Source of the DNA: Chiloscyllium plagiosum
Taxonomy: Eukaryota
Assembly: GCF_004010195.1 (NCBI RefSeq)
Contig: NC_057718.1
Location: 78,232,935-78,296,934 of the forward strand
Length of the DNA stretch: 64,000 nt
Direction of reading: 5' to 3'
The notes under the pieces were generated by a model. It saw nothing but the letters and a program-made list of their open reading frames with translations, did not search any database and was not told the origin of the DNA. The first letter of the stretch is position 1; each line of letters opens with the position of its first letter. Of the stretch, positions 23,999 to 38,363 are shown one piece after another. The position numbers and the translations under genes were made by a program.

Positions 23999-25244
23999 CC
24001 AACCCCAACCTCACCATTCCACTCCAACCCCAACCTCACTATTAGGACCTCTTCTCCTGCCTCCGCCATACTCCATCCACTTGGACACCCCGTGCTCATC
24101 TGTTACCCACCCTCAACCTCTTTATCGTCAATTGCCACTGTGACATTGACTGCTTCAGCCTGTTCACCCCTCTCACCCACTCCAACCCCTCACCCTTGCA
24201 ATGCGCAGCCATTCACTCCCTCTGCTCCAACCTCCAACTTCATCATTAAACCGTTGGACAAGGAGGGTTAGTGGTATTTTGGCACACCAACGTCTACATC
24301 ACTGAAGCCAGGTGCCAACTCATGGACACAACCTCCTGCTGCCTCGTTGACTAGTATCTCACCTCCCATCACCAAACCATCTCCCAACCTCATAGTCCTG
24401 GAACCCTGTACTGCCCACTTCTACCCCACTAATTTCTGGATGCAGTACATTATCCTCCATTTCTGCCACCTACAATCAGACCCCACAACCAGAGAGATCT
24501 TTCCCTCCCCACCCCTGTCTGTGCTCTGAAGAGGCTATTCCCTCATTAGGTCCACAACCGCTCCCCTCCACTCCCAGCACCTTCCCGTGCTGCCCAAGAG
24601 GTGCAAAATTTGCACTCACTCACCCTCCGTCTCCTCTGTCTCCGATTCTCCTGCACATCCAACCACCTCATCTGTGTCCATTGCTCTTGATGTAGTCTCC
24701 TCTACATTGGGGAGACAGGGCACCAACTCATGGAATGTTTCAGGGAACACCTCTGGGGGACATGCTCTAAACAACCCCACCATCATGTGGCTAACCACTT
24801 CAGCTCCCCCTCCCACTCTGCCAATGATATCCAAGTCCTGGGCCACCTCCAGCCAAATCCAAGTCACCAGACACATGGAGGAAGGACACCTCATCTGCCT
24901 TGGTACCCTCCACCCTCAAATATCAACTTACCAGTTTCCTCATCTTCCCCCACCTCTCTTTATCCAAGATCCAACTTTCCAACTTGGTACTGCCCTGTTG
25001 AACTATCCGATCTGCCCATCTTCCATCCCACCTATCCGCTTCACCCTCCCATCCGACTTATCACCATCATCTCCCTCCTGTATCTACCTAATACCTTCCC
25101 AGCTAGCTCACCCTCCCCTCCTATTTTATCTGTCATACCACCCCCTCGAACATTGCTGATGAAGGGTTTATGCTTGAAATGTCAGTCTCCTCCTAAGATG
25201 CTTGCCTGACCTCTTGTGCTTTTCCAGTGCTACACTTTTTGACT
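23999..25244 (+). mobile_element. Internally deleted Penelope-like element (RT scraps, GIY-YIG, hammerhead at ~25156-25183) with an 11-bp TSD
   Basis: IIKPLDKEG, LYIGETG, FREHL, VANHFSSPSHS; ACTTCATGAAT at 23988-23998 and 25245-25255. Confidence 0.82.
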
Positions 25245-28200
25245 ACTTCATGAATGGTGTCAGAATAGCTCAAAGCTCGTTCAGGAGGAGTATTTGGTAC
25301 TTGTAGAATTGCTACTTAACATTTCCAGTCCACAAAGCAAAGTTTAAGAATTGGGTGCAAGTCTGCCTCAGCTGTTCTGGTCAGATCAGTCCTTTGAACC
25401 TTTCAGATATGAATAGTTCAGAAGATAGAGACAGTATAAGAACTCCAGGTGACAGATTGTCTATGCCTGTGGGCTGAATTTAAGCTCTAGAAACTTTGGG
25501 TTTTTCAACTGGAGAAGAGTTGATAAATGATTTGCCTGTTTAATGTAGACAGTCTGAAACCTATTTCAAATTACGCTGTCATAAGCAAGTTTATGTGGCT
25601 TCAACTATTTGCCAGTATGTTTAGGTGATGTCAAGCTTTTTTACATTCATTTTCGAGGACATGTGGGTTTGATGCCACCTTTCATTACTGATTGAGAGAC
25701 TAATAGCTGGTAATTGGCTGGGCTAGATTTGTTTTGCTTTATATGCTGGGCAATTTTCTGGATTATGGGTATATGCCAATATTCGCACCAATCTTCAATA
25801 CTATCACTGGAATGTTGTCAGGACCCGTAACCTTTACATTATCCAGTGCCTCCAATTACATGGAGTGAAACAAATTGGCTGAAGACTGGTATCTATGATG
25901 GTAAAGACCATTGGAGGAGTCTGAGATGGATCATCTGATTGACATTTCTGCTAAAGATTGCTGTGAATACTTCAGCCTTATCTCTTACACTGTTGGGCTC
26001 ATCATTGAGAATGGGGATATTTGTGGAGCTGCCATCTCCAGTGAGTTGTTTACTTGTCCACTACTTTTCATGACTGGATGCATTAGGACTGCCAGAGCTT
26101 AGATCTGATCTGTTGGTTGTGGGATTGCATAGGTCTGTCTCTCGCTGTCTGGCATGCAAATAGTCCTGTTTAGTAGCTTCACCAGATGATACCTCATTTT
26201 TAGATATGCCTGGTGCTACTCCTGGCATGACCACTTGCACTGTGAACCAGGATTAATCCCCTGGCTTGATGGTAATGGTTGAGGGGTAATTTGCCAGGCC
26301 ACAATGTTGCGATTCTGCTGAAGTGAGTCTGCTTCTGTTGCTGGCTTACAATACCTCATGAATGCTCAGTATTGAGTTATTAGCTCTGTTAGCAATTTGT
26401 CCCATTTTAATACAGTGAAAACGCCGCACAACGTGGAAGGTGTTCACAATGTGAAGGCTGGACTTCATCTCCATAAGGACTGATCATAGGATAATGAACT
26501 GGCAGGAATGCAAATAATTGCAAGGTAAAGAAGTTTTGAACATCCAGAAGAATTGGAATGGAAAAGGCAAAAAGAATTTGAAAATGACAGGCAGACCACA
26601 AATGAAAAAGAAATGTGATTAAATAGGCATTGTCATTTTTTCTGAAAAAGAAAATCCTTTGCATTTTGGAACAGTGATTTGGCACTCTCCTTACAGGGGG
26701 CTACTGAAGGAAGGGAACACGAGTGTGCTGGGGGAAATGATATTTGAGCTAGAAGATTGCTTATTATAGCAACAATTTTTAAAAAATTATGTAACAGGCA
26801 TACAGATGAAAATCTTAGTTGAGATACAAGTCCAAGAATGTGTATTCAAGAGTGGGATACCATCTGGGCAAGGGAGAGAAGTTATTTTCAGTTTCCTAAA
26901 AAGTCCAATGACTTTCAACAATGCTTGTACTTGCTAGTACTATATGAATCGTTCCTTTCGAAGGAACAAAGCATCATTGGTAATATTAATTAGATGTTGG
27001 TCACAAAGGCAGTTGGGGAAGCTGGAGGGGAGGTTGGTTTATTTGTACAGAATGGATTGTGTTTGCGTCTGAAACACAGGCTGACCGGGACAACTTTTTT
27101 ATCTTGTCAATGCTGAGTTTTAAAGAGTGGTGAAGGTAATTGAGTTGAATGACCATACTATGCCGCCAGCCAAAGTTTTAAATATGAACTATAAGCCTTG
27201 CTTCCGCTGGAAAATTTCAGCATTTTATGTAGCATTGTGGTTGATGCCTCATTTTAACTGAAAGGAAGTGGAGGTTCTCTGAAGCAGTAGCATTTGAGAA
27301 CATCTGGTTGAAAATGATGAATTGATGATTGCAAGCGATGTAGACCTGTGTTCGAAGTGGAAGAAAAATGTTGGCAAACATTCAGCCAGTCATGCAGTGC
27401 TAGGACTAATTTCTAATCCAAAGCCATCAACACAAATTAACTATTGGAGTCTATCCACAGATGCTGTGTATTTGCCAGAATTCTGATTTCACTTCAGATT
27501 TCCTTCATTTGTAGTATTTTGCTCTTAGTGCCCTAGCTAATGGAATAGCAAAGGTTGTAGACAGGTCTTTAATGGGTGATTGAGAGGATTTGGGAATTAA
27601 AATTCAAAAGCAGCATAGCACAGTACTAAACATGCACAGATTAGCATTTCAGGTGAAGTGGGTTGGAACGTGACTTCAAAAATAATGAAGGTAAAAAGAC
27701 ACTAAGGTAATTCCTTAGGCACTGTATCTGAATGATACATAAATGCTGACCTCCTCCATTATCCATTCATATGATATTCACAGCTCTGTGTACTTGCCAG
27801 GTTGACTCCAGACCCCCACCCCACAACTTCCAATACTTTCAGTAAACCAATCACCAGTTCGTTTGTGGGTATATAGATATGGTATTTGCTTTTCTTGTCA
27901 ATTGGAAGTCTGTGTCTTTGTTTCTCACAGATTAGGTGGACTGTTTAGTACAATTAGAAATTTAATTTTGAAGCAAATGCCACTATGGAAGTGTTGCAAA
28001 GTGATCAAGATTGGGAGCTAAATATTCTAGAGTACTTGAAGGGATAGCCCTGATTTAATGTTGGTATAAAGGTAGTAGAAAAAGGATTTTAGCTCAAACT
28101 TGAGGTATAATTGAGTCTGAGCTAACAGCAAAGGGTAGAAAAAATTAAGAATTGTGACAAATCTCTCAGCTATAATTGTAGTGTAAAATCAGGAAGCTTA

Positions 28201-31200
28201 AAGGTACAGGTAGTGGACCACCTTGAATAGAAAAAACAGCTTTGTAATTGCGTCGAGTCAGTACATGAAATGAATGAGGTTTCTAGATCAGTATATCAAG
28301 GAGCTAACTAGAAATGTGTAATGAGAAAGTATTATTAAATACCCTCCATATAAAACATTCTTGAAGTGCTCAGTCTGTAAAATGTATATTGGTTGTGATT
28401 TATTTTGAAAAATGGGTCTTTAACTACCTTATCGCAGTTTACTTTTGTTATTGAGAAATTATATTAATATTTAAATTTGCTCCAAATAGGCATTCTTTTT
28501 AAGCCACAAACCCTTCACAATTTGACAAAATTGTGATTAATAAAGAACTAACGATATTAGGACAAAGCAAGAGACTTGGAATCTTGCCAGCAAGATTTTT
28601 CCAGGAGGTTTGAGTTCAGCAAAGTAGCACCAAGAAAATGGTAAGAAAAGCTGGATGAGGATATATCAGCAACATATGAAAAGACGTTGAATGTCTACAG
28701 AAACATTTACAATACGCTGGGATTAATGAAAGTTGATGTGGACCCAGTAAAGGCAGCTTTAGGTGAAATTATAATGGGGAAGTAGCAAACCAGATTGTAC
28801 AGGCTTGTCGCCCCTCTCCATTTTGGAAATAATTTATGGACCAGACCAAACCCCCTTCAAATGTGTCAAGGCTAACTTAAAAGCAAGTGTAAGGAGCTGT
28901 GTTTCAGATCTAATATGTTGGGTTACACTACTTTAAGCCAAACGCATTTTATTTTTGCTCGACAGTTAAAATTGAGAATTGGTACAACTTTTTGCCAACT
29001 TAAGAATTATTGGAACAGTTACTGCTTAGTAGTTACTTATAGTAAGCTTCCACAACCAACCTCCTAAGCCTCCATAGCTACTGAAAGCTAAGCTAAGGAT
29101 CAATACTTGGGCCTTGGCTCTATTATATTAAAGACAAAGATGAGACTGAGTATAATATGTCCAAGTTTGTTGACAACATAAAAGTTGAGCTAGTAAGTGT
29201 AAACATGATGCAGAAAGGCTGTAAAGGGGTAAAAGCAAATGGTGTTAGTTGGCAAAGGTATGGTCATTGGAATACAATGTGTGATGTCATGTTCCTTGTA
29301 AAATGATTTCTGAAAAGAATCTCCACAATTACCAACAGAAATGCTGAATAAGATTTCACATTTTAAAATGCTTATTTTAAACCAGTGAAAATTAACCTAA
29401 TGAAGAGATGAAAGATATTCCCAAAGAAAATGCCAATTCTGCTTTAATCAAGGAGTTAGTGCTTTCATTTTCCTGCAAAATATGGGGCCATTTTGCAATC
29501 CTCCCCCTCCCCAACCTAATGTCTCATCCCTTCCCCTCCTTCCTGGAGCTAGGATTGGTTTTTACTTGTCCTCACTTTGTACAAACTAGCCTTTCATTCA
29601 TTCATTGGATCATTCTCTAATTTCTGCCAATGCTGATGTGTCACTTGGACCCCCTCCCCAATCACTCAACTCTCCTGTTCCTATAGAATTTCATTTTTAA
29701 GGGTTAGGCAATGAAACTGAGCTGCTTTCAATTTGATATTACTTTAATTTTCTATCATTTCACTATGTAATATTGTTTTCTTTACATTTAGACCGTTGAA
29801 ATTTACAATGCAGTTGATTGTCCTTAAGTTTTCATCACTGCAAATGAGTCCAAATATAGATGTCCTCAGCTATTCCAAAATCTGGTTGAGGACATTGCTG
29901 TAAATACATCTTCTACCACTTTGCCATTTTGCTAAGACGTTTGTTTGCATACAAGTCAGCGCATTCCACACTTTCACTTGAGTAAGAAAAAGGATTTCAT
30001 TTGCCCCTCAAGTTCATGTTGTCATTCAAGATAATTTAATTATTTTTAATCAAAACAAACTGGAGAGCTAAGCCCAAACTGAAGACATTATTTTTACATG
30101 GAATATGAGAAATATTCAACAATCCTATTCAGTCAGCTTTCCTTGTACTTGTCATTCTGGTTTGTGATGTTACCCTGTCACTGATCTTGCCACAGGCAGG
30201 CCTCTTAATCTATGCTTTTTATCCTGTCGCACTTGCCTCTTGCTCTGGAGTGGAGAGAATCCTTAATTAAGGGTAAAATAATCTAATTTACTGGTAATAA
30301 AAGTTGTCTCCCACAACATATGCCGAGAAAATAGGAGATTGGAATAAATTCTTTTTTGAATTTGAGAGAAAGTGTGGTCAAAGCAGCTGAGTGTTTGTCG
30401 ATTTGTGTAGTTTACATTTGTTGATCTTTGTGGTTGATCTTGAGAACTTTATTTACATGTGTTTCTGTTTTTAAGGAAACTAAATTAGTAGTGAATTAAA
30501 ACTCCAGTATCCCTGGGGGTGTATCTATTGAATGGTGACACTTTTAAAGTTCCTTTCTAAATTAAAGGCCAGTATTGTTTGTTGGAGAGAAGCTTTTTCT
30601 GGTGGGATCTCTGGGGAAATATGAAATGTGGCATTATAAATGGGAGACATCCTAACGAGAGACTACATTTCAACACAAGGTGGTACAAGAATACATTAAT
30701 TGTTAATTTTGAGTTTGAGATTAATAGATTTCTGCTAACTGGAAGTACTAAGCGATGTGAGAAAGGGTGAGTACGTTGATCTCAGGCCCAGATCAACCAA
30801 GATCTCGTTGAAAGGTTAAATGGGCTATTTGTAATTCTGTGGTCACTTTAATTTATCCTTCAATGTCTTTTCATAGTCTAAAACATTAATGCATGGAAAA
30901 TTGTACTTCTCGCTTCAGTCCAACCTGCGAAGCATTTATTTCCCTGTAGCTCTTATCAACCCCCCTCCCCCCTCCTTTGCTGTAAGCTGAACTCTTGCTC
31001 CAGTATTGTTGGCCAGTATAGATTGTGGTCCTAATGATTCAAAGCCTCCGCCTTTTTCTTTTTCAACCCACAATTGGGTTCTGTGCACCATCTCCTGTGC
31101 ATCTCTAAATAATGTCTGTGTACACTATCCTTGTTTCTAGTTTGTCAATATTTGCTCAAAACCACTTCTCAAATGAGTCAGGGTTGGATCAGTTGCCTCC

Positions 31201-32479
31201 CTGTTGCTCAAAGGTAGGAACTCCTCCAGAGTGGAGCTGCCCCATTGTGTTTTGTTGCATCTGTTTAAATGGTTGCAATTAAATCCATCTCACAACTTGT
31301 CGATGATACCTGCTGTGCAATTATCATTTAAGTTATCCTTGAGGTATGACATTCTATGAAAACCTGAAGACTGGCATATGTTTCTGAGAGGCTTTTGCGA
31401 CAATGTGCTACTAAACCAGCCTTTGGTCCAACCTTGATTGATACAAACTTGATTTTTCTTTCAGTTTTTTTGTCTGAAAGTAACATGGCAGCATCATTAT
31501 CCTAACTCCATAAGTATGAAATTTAAGAGGTTCATTTTCAGTTCAACTGACAATGAAAAGATCATCTTTTTAACACCTATGGCTTGACTAAACGTAGAGT
31601 CAAATATGAGATGCATCAGTTCTGTTTTGGTGATGTGGGAGGTGCTATTTGTTTTCAGAGCCTTTGATGTGACCTGCTACTTTCCATTGTCTTCAAAAGT
31701 GCATCATGTGAATGTCATACCTTTTGCTTGAAGAGATACCACCATATCAGATGTTTTAAAGCCGTTCTTAATGTCAAAATCTTTTCTGATTCTAAAAGAC
31801 TTTGAAAAAACTGTCTACAATGTTGACTGCTTACTTACATAGTGGTGAATATATTGTTGCCTGAACTGCAAGTGTTGAACCTTTCTTCAGTGCTCAAGAG
31901 CCTTGGCATGCCTGCTTTCGAATTTAGTGAAAGTCTAACATTTGCCTCATTAACATTGAATTCTTATGCTGCTACTTTGTTGCAGTAGATTTCAGTAATT
32001 TCTATCATAAGTTTGACTGCTATTTGACTTGATATTTTCTATGCTAACGTTTAACATTTTAATTGTTAATCAAAATATTCCCATCTTTAGAATCACCTTT
32101 GCTCAGTTTGTGTGGGGGATCCGGTCAGTCAGTAAAGTAGGGTGGGTATGAAACCTAAAGGCATTTCCTTCCATTTTACACAATTTTAGAATTTATTTTA
32201 CTTTATTACTTTGAATGCAGTAAGTTTTAAACAAAACTTAGTTATTTCTTTGTGTTCTGACCATATTAATTAATTCTATAGAATCATAGAAAACTTACAG
32301 CACAGAAAGAGACCATTCAGCCCATTGGGAATGTGTCAGGTGAATAAACTAGCCACCCATTCAAATTCCACTTTCCGATCAGAGTCTGTAACCTTGCAAG
32401 CTATAGCACTTCATGTGCAGATCCAGATTATTTTTTAAATGAGTTGAATATTTCAGTCTCAACTACGGAACTAGGCAGA

Positions 32480-34470
32480 CACTCAACATTCTAGGTAAAT
32501 AAGACCATATTACATCATAAGTAGGCCGTTCTGCCCATCAAGTCTGTATTATTCAGCGAGTTCATGGCTGGTTTGACTGCTCAACTCCACTTGCCTTTTC
32601 TCTATAATTTCTCCATAATCCTGATCCCTTTACTGATTTTTGACTCTTCCAGCCTTGAATATACTTAACAACCCAACCTTGTAATCTCCCGGTGGCAAAG
32701 AAATTCACAATCTTTTACCCTCAGAAGAAACTCTTCCTTATTTGTCTTTAAATGGGTATCCCTTTACTCTGGCATTATGTCCTCTTGTCCTAAACACACA
32801 CACAAGGAAAAACCTCTTTTTGTCTACCCCTTCAAGTCCCTGAAGAATCTCTTTCAATAAGGTCTTCAGTCATTCATCTAAACCCCAGTGAATACATGCC
32901 CAACCTACTCAACTTCTCCACATAAGAAAATGCCTTCCTACCCAGGATTAACTTAATGAACCTTTTCTGGACTGCCCTGCAATGCGTTCTATCTTCCTTT
33001 AGGTAAGGGGACTAACTGCCTTGAAGGTCTGTTGTCACGAGACCTTCCTATTGTTACATTCTGTTTCCTTTGACATAAAGGACAATATTCCATTTGTCTT
33101 TTATCTGCTAAACGTCGATACTAGCTTTTTATGATTTAAAAATGAGGACACTTGAGTCCCCTTCTGCAGCTTTCTACAGTTTTTTCTCAACTTAAATAAT
33201 CAGCCCCTCAAACTGATCCTGTGACTCCACTAGTTTCAGGTTTTCATCCTGAAAATGCAACCCCCCAAATATATTGCATCTACTGATCATCCTTTGCTTG
33301 TTATCTCAAATAATTTGATTAATTTCTTTGTTATAATTTCACCTTCAAGCAGTGCTTACTCTGATTATATTGTTTCTAAATGCTCTGCTACTACGTCCTA
33401 CTCTAACATTTTTCCAATGGCACATGTTAAGCTGGTTGGCCTACAGTTTGTCTTTTTTAAATTACCTTTCTCCCTTTGGATAAGGGTGTTACATTGGCAA
33501 TTGTCCAATCACTGGGATTTCTTGAAAATCAGAGGATTATTGGAAAATGACTCAGTGCATTTTCAATCTCTGTAGTTAGTTACTTTAATACCTTAAGATG
33601 CATCCTGTCATGTCCAGGGTATGTATTAATGTTTAGCCTCATTAGTTTCCTAGTTTTTTTGCCTGTGATAGTTACTGTATTTATTTCCTCTTCATCTTTT
33701 ACCCCTTAAATTGGTGGTTTTTGGTGTCCTCTGCTGTCAAGAGGAATGTGAAATATTTACACACTACTTGGCTATGTCTACATTATTATTTCCCCAGTCT
33801 CATTCAGTACGGGGTCTCTATTCACTTAGGACTCTTCATTTTTAATATATTTGAAGGAGCTCTTTTGTCCATTCTTCTGTTAACAGCTTGTTTACCCTCA
33901 GTTTATTTTCTTCCTCTTTGTCATCTTTAGCTTTTAAGACTCTTACAATCCTCTGCACTACAATTCTTGTCACATCAAGAATTTTAAAAAAATTAACACT
34001 GTCCTTAACTTCAATGGTAAATCCCCTTCCTGAATCATCCTTCTTTACTGGGATACATCACTGCTGTGTGACATGTATTTTCTTAAGTCTTCCATTGTTC
34101 ATTCACTGCATTTTCTGCTAAACTCATTTCCCAGTCCATTCTAGATATCTCTGCCCTCATTAATTTGTGGCTACCCTTATTTGAATTTAGCTTAGTTGTT
34201 TCTGAGACAGGTTTCTCACTTCGAAACGGAGTGCTGAATTCTGTCATGTAACTGTCACTATACACGATTACATCTCTTACTGATACCATTTTTTAAACCT
34301 AGTTTATACACATTACCAGATTCAAAATAGCTTCCCATTCTATTTGGATCCATGTTTTGTTCTAGGGAACTGTCCTGAATAGTGTTCATAAATTCTTCCT
34401 TGTTGATGCCTCTGCCACTTTGATTTTTCCCAATTTTACAAGATCAAAGTCACCCATGATTAATATACAG
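32480..34470 (-). mobile_element. Old, heavily decayed CR1 LINE
   Basis: Antisense remnants of CR1 ORF2 (e.g. gttaagctggttggcctacagttt...taagggtgttacattggcaatt) and 3' UTR. Confidence 0.6.
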
Positions 34471-34491
34471 CCTTTTCATTTGCCTTCATAT

Positions 34492-34812
34492 GTGGCTCAG
34501 TGGCTAGCATTGCTGTCTCACAGCACCAGGGATCACAGGTACCTGGGATCAATTCCTGTTCTGGATGACTGTGCAACTCCACACAGACATTCTCCCCGAG
34601 ACTGCATGGGCTTCCGGGTGCTCCGGTTTCCTCCGCAATCTAAGTGTGCAGGTTAGGTGAATTGGCCGTGCTAAATTGCCCATAGTGTTAGGTGCCTTAG
34701 TAAATATACGGTAGAGGAATGCGTCTACGTGGGTTGCTGTTCGGAGGGTTAGTGTGGACTTGTTGGGCTGAAGGGCCTGTTTCCATACTGTAGGGCATCT
34801 AATGTAATCTAA
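34492..34812 (+). mobile_element. HE1/V-SINE
   Basis: SINE head, core and tail recognisable. Confidence 0.82.
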
Positions 34813-35501
34813 AATGTAACTGACATAACTGCACCTCTGTTTCCTTGGATTATGCCTCTATTTATGTGAAACCTTACTGAATGATGTCTGAAAATCCCTC
34901 GCATCTCATCAACATTTCCTCTATCCATTTAAGTATTCTTCAAAAATTGCTTGCATTTGCTAAAGACTACTGATTATCAAATATTACTGGATGTACTTAA
35001 TGAACCCATATTGCTCACGAATTTCATCTGTTTAAGAATGCTACAGTCTGATTTTCTATAACCAAAAGAATGACAATCCTGAGTTCAGACAACATTGCAA
35101 GACTGATGTGAGCCTCTGTTTTTCTTGTTATATGTATCTCTTGCTTTGTTCCGTGAAAGCAGTTTCTCCTCACTTAACTTTTTTGTTTAATCTTGTGTAT
35201 AAACAGTAAAAAGAACCGTTGTACAATATCTGGGCCACACAGTTGAATTACCTACCTAATGAAGCTGGAACTATTTACTTGAACTATTTACTTTAAAGCT
35301 GTCTTTTGTATTGATTCTCATTGAACACTCAAATGGGCGTATTTTAGATGAAATAAACTGAAGTGACCCCTGTGTTGAACCTTGCATCGGTGACCAAATT
35401 CATTTTTAATTTTCAAGATTCCAGGTAAATGGAAAGTAAGGTAGTAGCCGAATCTGTCCGACAGACTCCGTTTAGATAACATGTCTGTTCCCTCGTTTTA
35501 G

Positions 35502-35626
35502 GTGATTTTGCACTCCGGACTAGAGGAGTACATCATATTGAGTACAACACCACCCAGAAATGTACAAAACCGAACTCTAATCAGACTGTCCAAAGCAGCA
35601 TTAATTTTTTATGTGGAAAAACATTG
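35502..35626 (+). CDS. IGF2R: IGF2R exon 3 (G-DFALRTRGVHHIEYNTTQKCTKPNSNQTVQSSINFLCGKTL)
   Basis: Acceptor cctcgttttag|; donor |gtgagt at 35627; resembles human EFNTTVSC...VQSSIAFLCGKTL. Confidence 0.96.
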
Positions 35627-36024
35627 GTGAGTATGTTTGTTGTATCACCTTCATACTGGTTTAAAACATCAAGCAACATTCAAGTAGAATATTGAGGCTG
35701 ATACTTTAAAAATCTCAGATTATGTTTAACAATATCAGTATGTCATGTGAATTTTATATTGAACTTAAGAGCTAGTATTCAAACTGTTTATATCTTTTGT
35801 GAAAGCTACTTCAGTGTAGAAACAGTGGCAAGAAAGGTTAGCATGAAAAGTCTGCCTCTCCCACCCCCTCCTAATTAAGATGAATAGAGGTTGCTTAGCA
35901 CAGTTGGTAAGTGAACATTGTAGATGTGGATTTATACAATAGATCAATCTTTTGAATCTGTGCAATAAAAATCAAAGCACTATTCACATGAGACCTTATG
36001 CATTTCTGGCAGGTATTCAAAAAC

Positions 36025-36875
36025 ATAGTCATAGAGATGTACAGCATTGAGAGACCCTTCGGTCCAACCCCTCCATGCCGACCAGATATCCCAACCCAAT
36101 CTAGTCCCACCTGCCAGCACCCGGCCCATATCCCTGCAAACCCTTCCTATTCATATACCCATCCAAATGCCTCTTAAATGTTGCAATTGTACCAGCTTCC
36201 ACCACACCCGCTGGCAGCTCATTCCACGCACTCACCACTCTCTGCATGAAAAAGTTGCCCCTTAGATCTTTTATATCTTTCTCCTCTCACCCTAAACCTA
36301 TGCCCTCTAGTTCTGGACTCCCTGATCCCAGGGAGTTTGCCGATTTATTCTATCCATACCCCTCCTAATTTTGTAAACCTCTATAAGGTCACCCCTCAGC
36401 CTCCGAAGCTCCAGGCAAAACAGCCCCAGCCTGTTCAGCCTCTCCCTATAGCTCAAATCTTCCAACCCGGGCAGCGTCCTTGTAAATCTTTTCTGAACCC
36501 TTTCAAGTTTCACAGCATCTTTCCGATAGGAAGGAGACCAGAATTGCACGTAATATTCCAACAGTGAGCTAGTCAATGTTCTGTACAGCCGCAACATGAC
36601 CTCCCAACTCCTGTACTCAATACTCTGACCAATAAAGGAAAGCATACCAAATGCCTCCTTCACTATCCTATCTACCTACGACTCCACTTTCAAGGAGCTA
36701 TGAACCTGCACTCCAAGGTCTCTTTGTTCAGCANNNNNNNNNNNNNNNNACCACCCTCTGTCTTCTACCTTTGAGCCAGTTCTGTATCCAAATGGCTAGT
36801 TCTCCCTGTATTCCATGAGATCTAACCTTGCTAATCAGTCTCCCATGGGGAACCTTGTCGAATGCCTTACTGTCT
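36025..36875 (-). mobile_element. Young CR1 3' fragment containing an assembly gap (36734-36749)
   Basis: ORF 36307..36663 AFGMLSFIGQSIEYRSWEVMLRLYRTL...RLRGDLIEVYKI. Confidence 0.92.
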
Positions 36876-37404
36876 AAGGATTTGAAGTTCTGTACAGTTC
36901 AAGCAATTTCCTTTCTTGCAGGGCTAGTTTTAAGTGTGCACAGATGAAAAGATGATCTTTCTTCATTAGATTGCTGTAGAACTCTGCACATAATAAGACA
37001 AATATCAGTTATTGACTTATCATTGTTGCAGCCTCCATTGGTCTGCGATGGATGGTTGGAATGACAGAAATAGAAAAGGCTCTGGTTATGGCAACAATGA
37101 CATTAACTAAAAAAAAAATTCGTGACTGGTAGTACCACAGACTGAGAAATATATTTTTGTTCTGAAGAGTTGTAACAGATACTGGAGTCAAGGGGATAAT
37201 GTATCTAAATTGCTATTTAGTGTAGAGATCACTGTAGAATGCCACCTTAATCTGCACAAAAAGGATAGCATGGATTGGTATCCTTTTGTGATGTGGTGTG
37301 TGAAACCATTCGCACAGTAGTAAGAAATGGTGAGATTAGATATTGTCAGAATTTTACACCAGTGGTATCACTTGCAAATCTGACCTGTTGATGTTTTCAG
37401 TATA

Positions 37405-37622
37405 CAGTCAGTTCTTCCAGAACATGATAGTTGTGTTCCTGTGCGATCCCACGTTATACAAAAATCTCGCAATACACATAGCACATAGTGTTGGCGATGC
37501 AATCGCATTATAGCCAATGCATACTTTGAAAGTTCATGCTTTAGAAACAGCATTCCCTACTCACCCAATTGCGTCGCAACCAATTCGCATTAATCAAAGT
37601 CACATTACGGCAGAACTGACTA
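37405..37622. mobile_element. Probable non-autonomous DNA transposon (Tc1/mariner-Tigger-like MITE); a related, more decayed copy lies at ~38766-38922
   Basis: TA-CAGTCAGTTCT ... AGAACTGACT terminal inverted repeats; internal similarity between the two copies. Confidence 0.5.
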
Positions 37623-37760
37623 TTGAAATTTCAGTCTAAATGGAAATGACTTTCCGTTAAAACAGGTTTTCTTTTAAAGGATTCATTTTTTTCTAATAAA
37701 TTGTGCTCCTAACTTATTCAAACGTTTGTATTTTACTGAATCTGAGCCATTTTGAGGGTT

Positions 37761-37961
37761 GAAAAGTGAGGTGTTGGAAAAGCACAGCCGGTCAGGCAGC
37801 ATTCGAGAAGCAGGAGAGTCAACGTTTTGAGCATAAGCTTTCCTAATGAAGAGCTCATGCTCGAAAATTAGACTCTCCTCAGATATTGCCTGATCAGCTG
37901 TGCTTTATGAGCACCACACTTTTTGACTCCCCTCCAATATCTGCAATCCTTACTTTCTTCT
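37761..37961. mobile_element. Penelope-derived inverted insertion with a 13-bp TSD (1 mismatch)
   Basis: cattttgagggtt at 37748 and cattttcagggtt at 37962; inverted arms meet at a degenerate hammerhead (~37842). Confidence 0.75.
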
Positions 37962-38363
37962 CATTTTCAGGGTTATTTGGATTAAGATTGACTTTCGTTA
38001 ACTGGTTAAATATTTAGTATGTGGTCCCATCCTTGACAAACAGGTGCTTTGTCTGTGAAGTAGGTGGATCTGGTCCTGCAGAGTGCTGTTGTATAACAGG
38101 GTCAAAGGTTACAGATTTGTAGCTGCCTCTTCAAGAATACATGCTATTTGCAGACCAATTGTCATTCTTTAATTTATTAGCTGATTGGCTAGGCCTAAGT
38201 CTTGTTTGAGACATTTTTCTTTGTAAAATTCATTAGGTTTTCTGTTTTCACTCTCTGGGTGATGGGGAGTGGGCAAGGAGGGATTTGTTTGCTAACTTCA
38301 GATATTTCTGGCTGTACTGTTCTTGCTGGTCTGTAGCAACAGCAGGACACAGTGAGGTCTGCC

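Noticed and set aside
24587..25209. Overlapping 190-aa and 159-aa ORFs
   Set aside because: Decayed Penelope GIY-YIG region and C-rich 3' sequence
28797..29110. Possible solo LTR-like segment interrupting an old CR1
   Set aside because: No clear TG...CA termini, TSD or second copy that I could establish by eye
36734..36749. Apparent internal deletion in a CR1 copy
   Set aside because: Coincides with an N gap; assembly artefact
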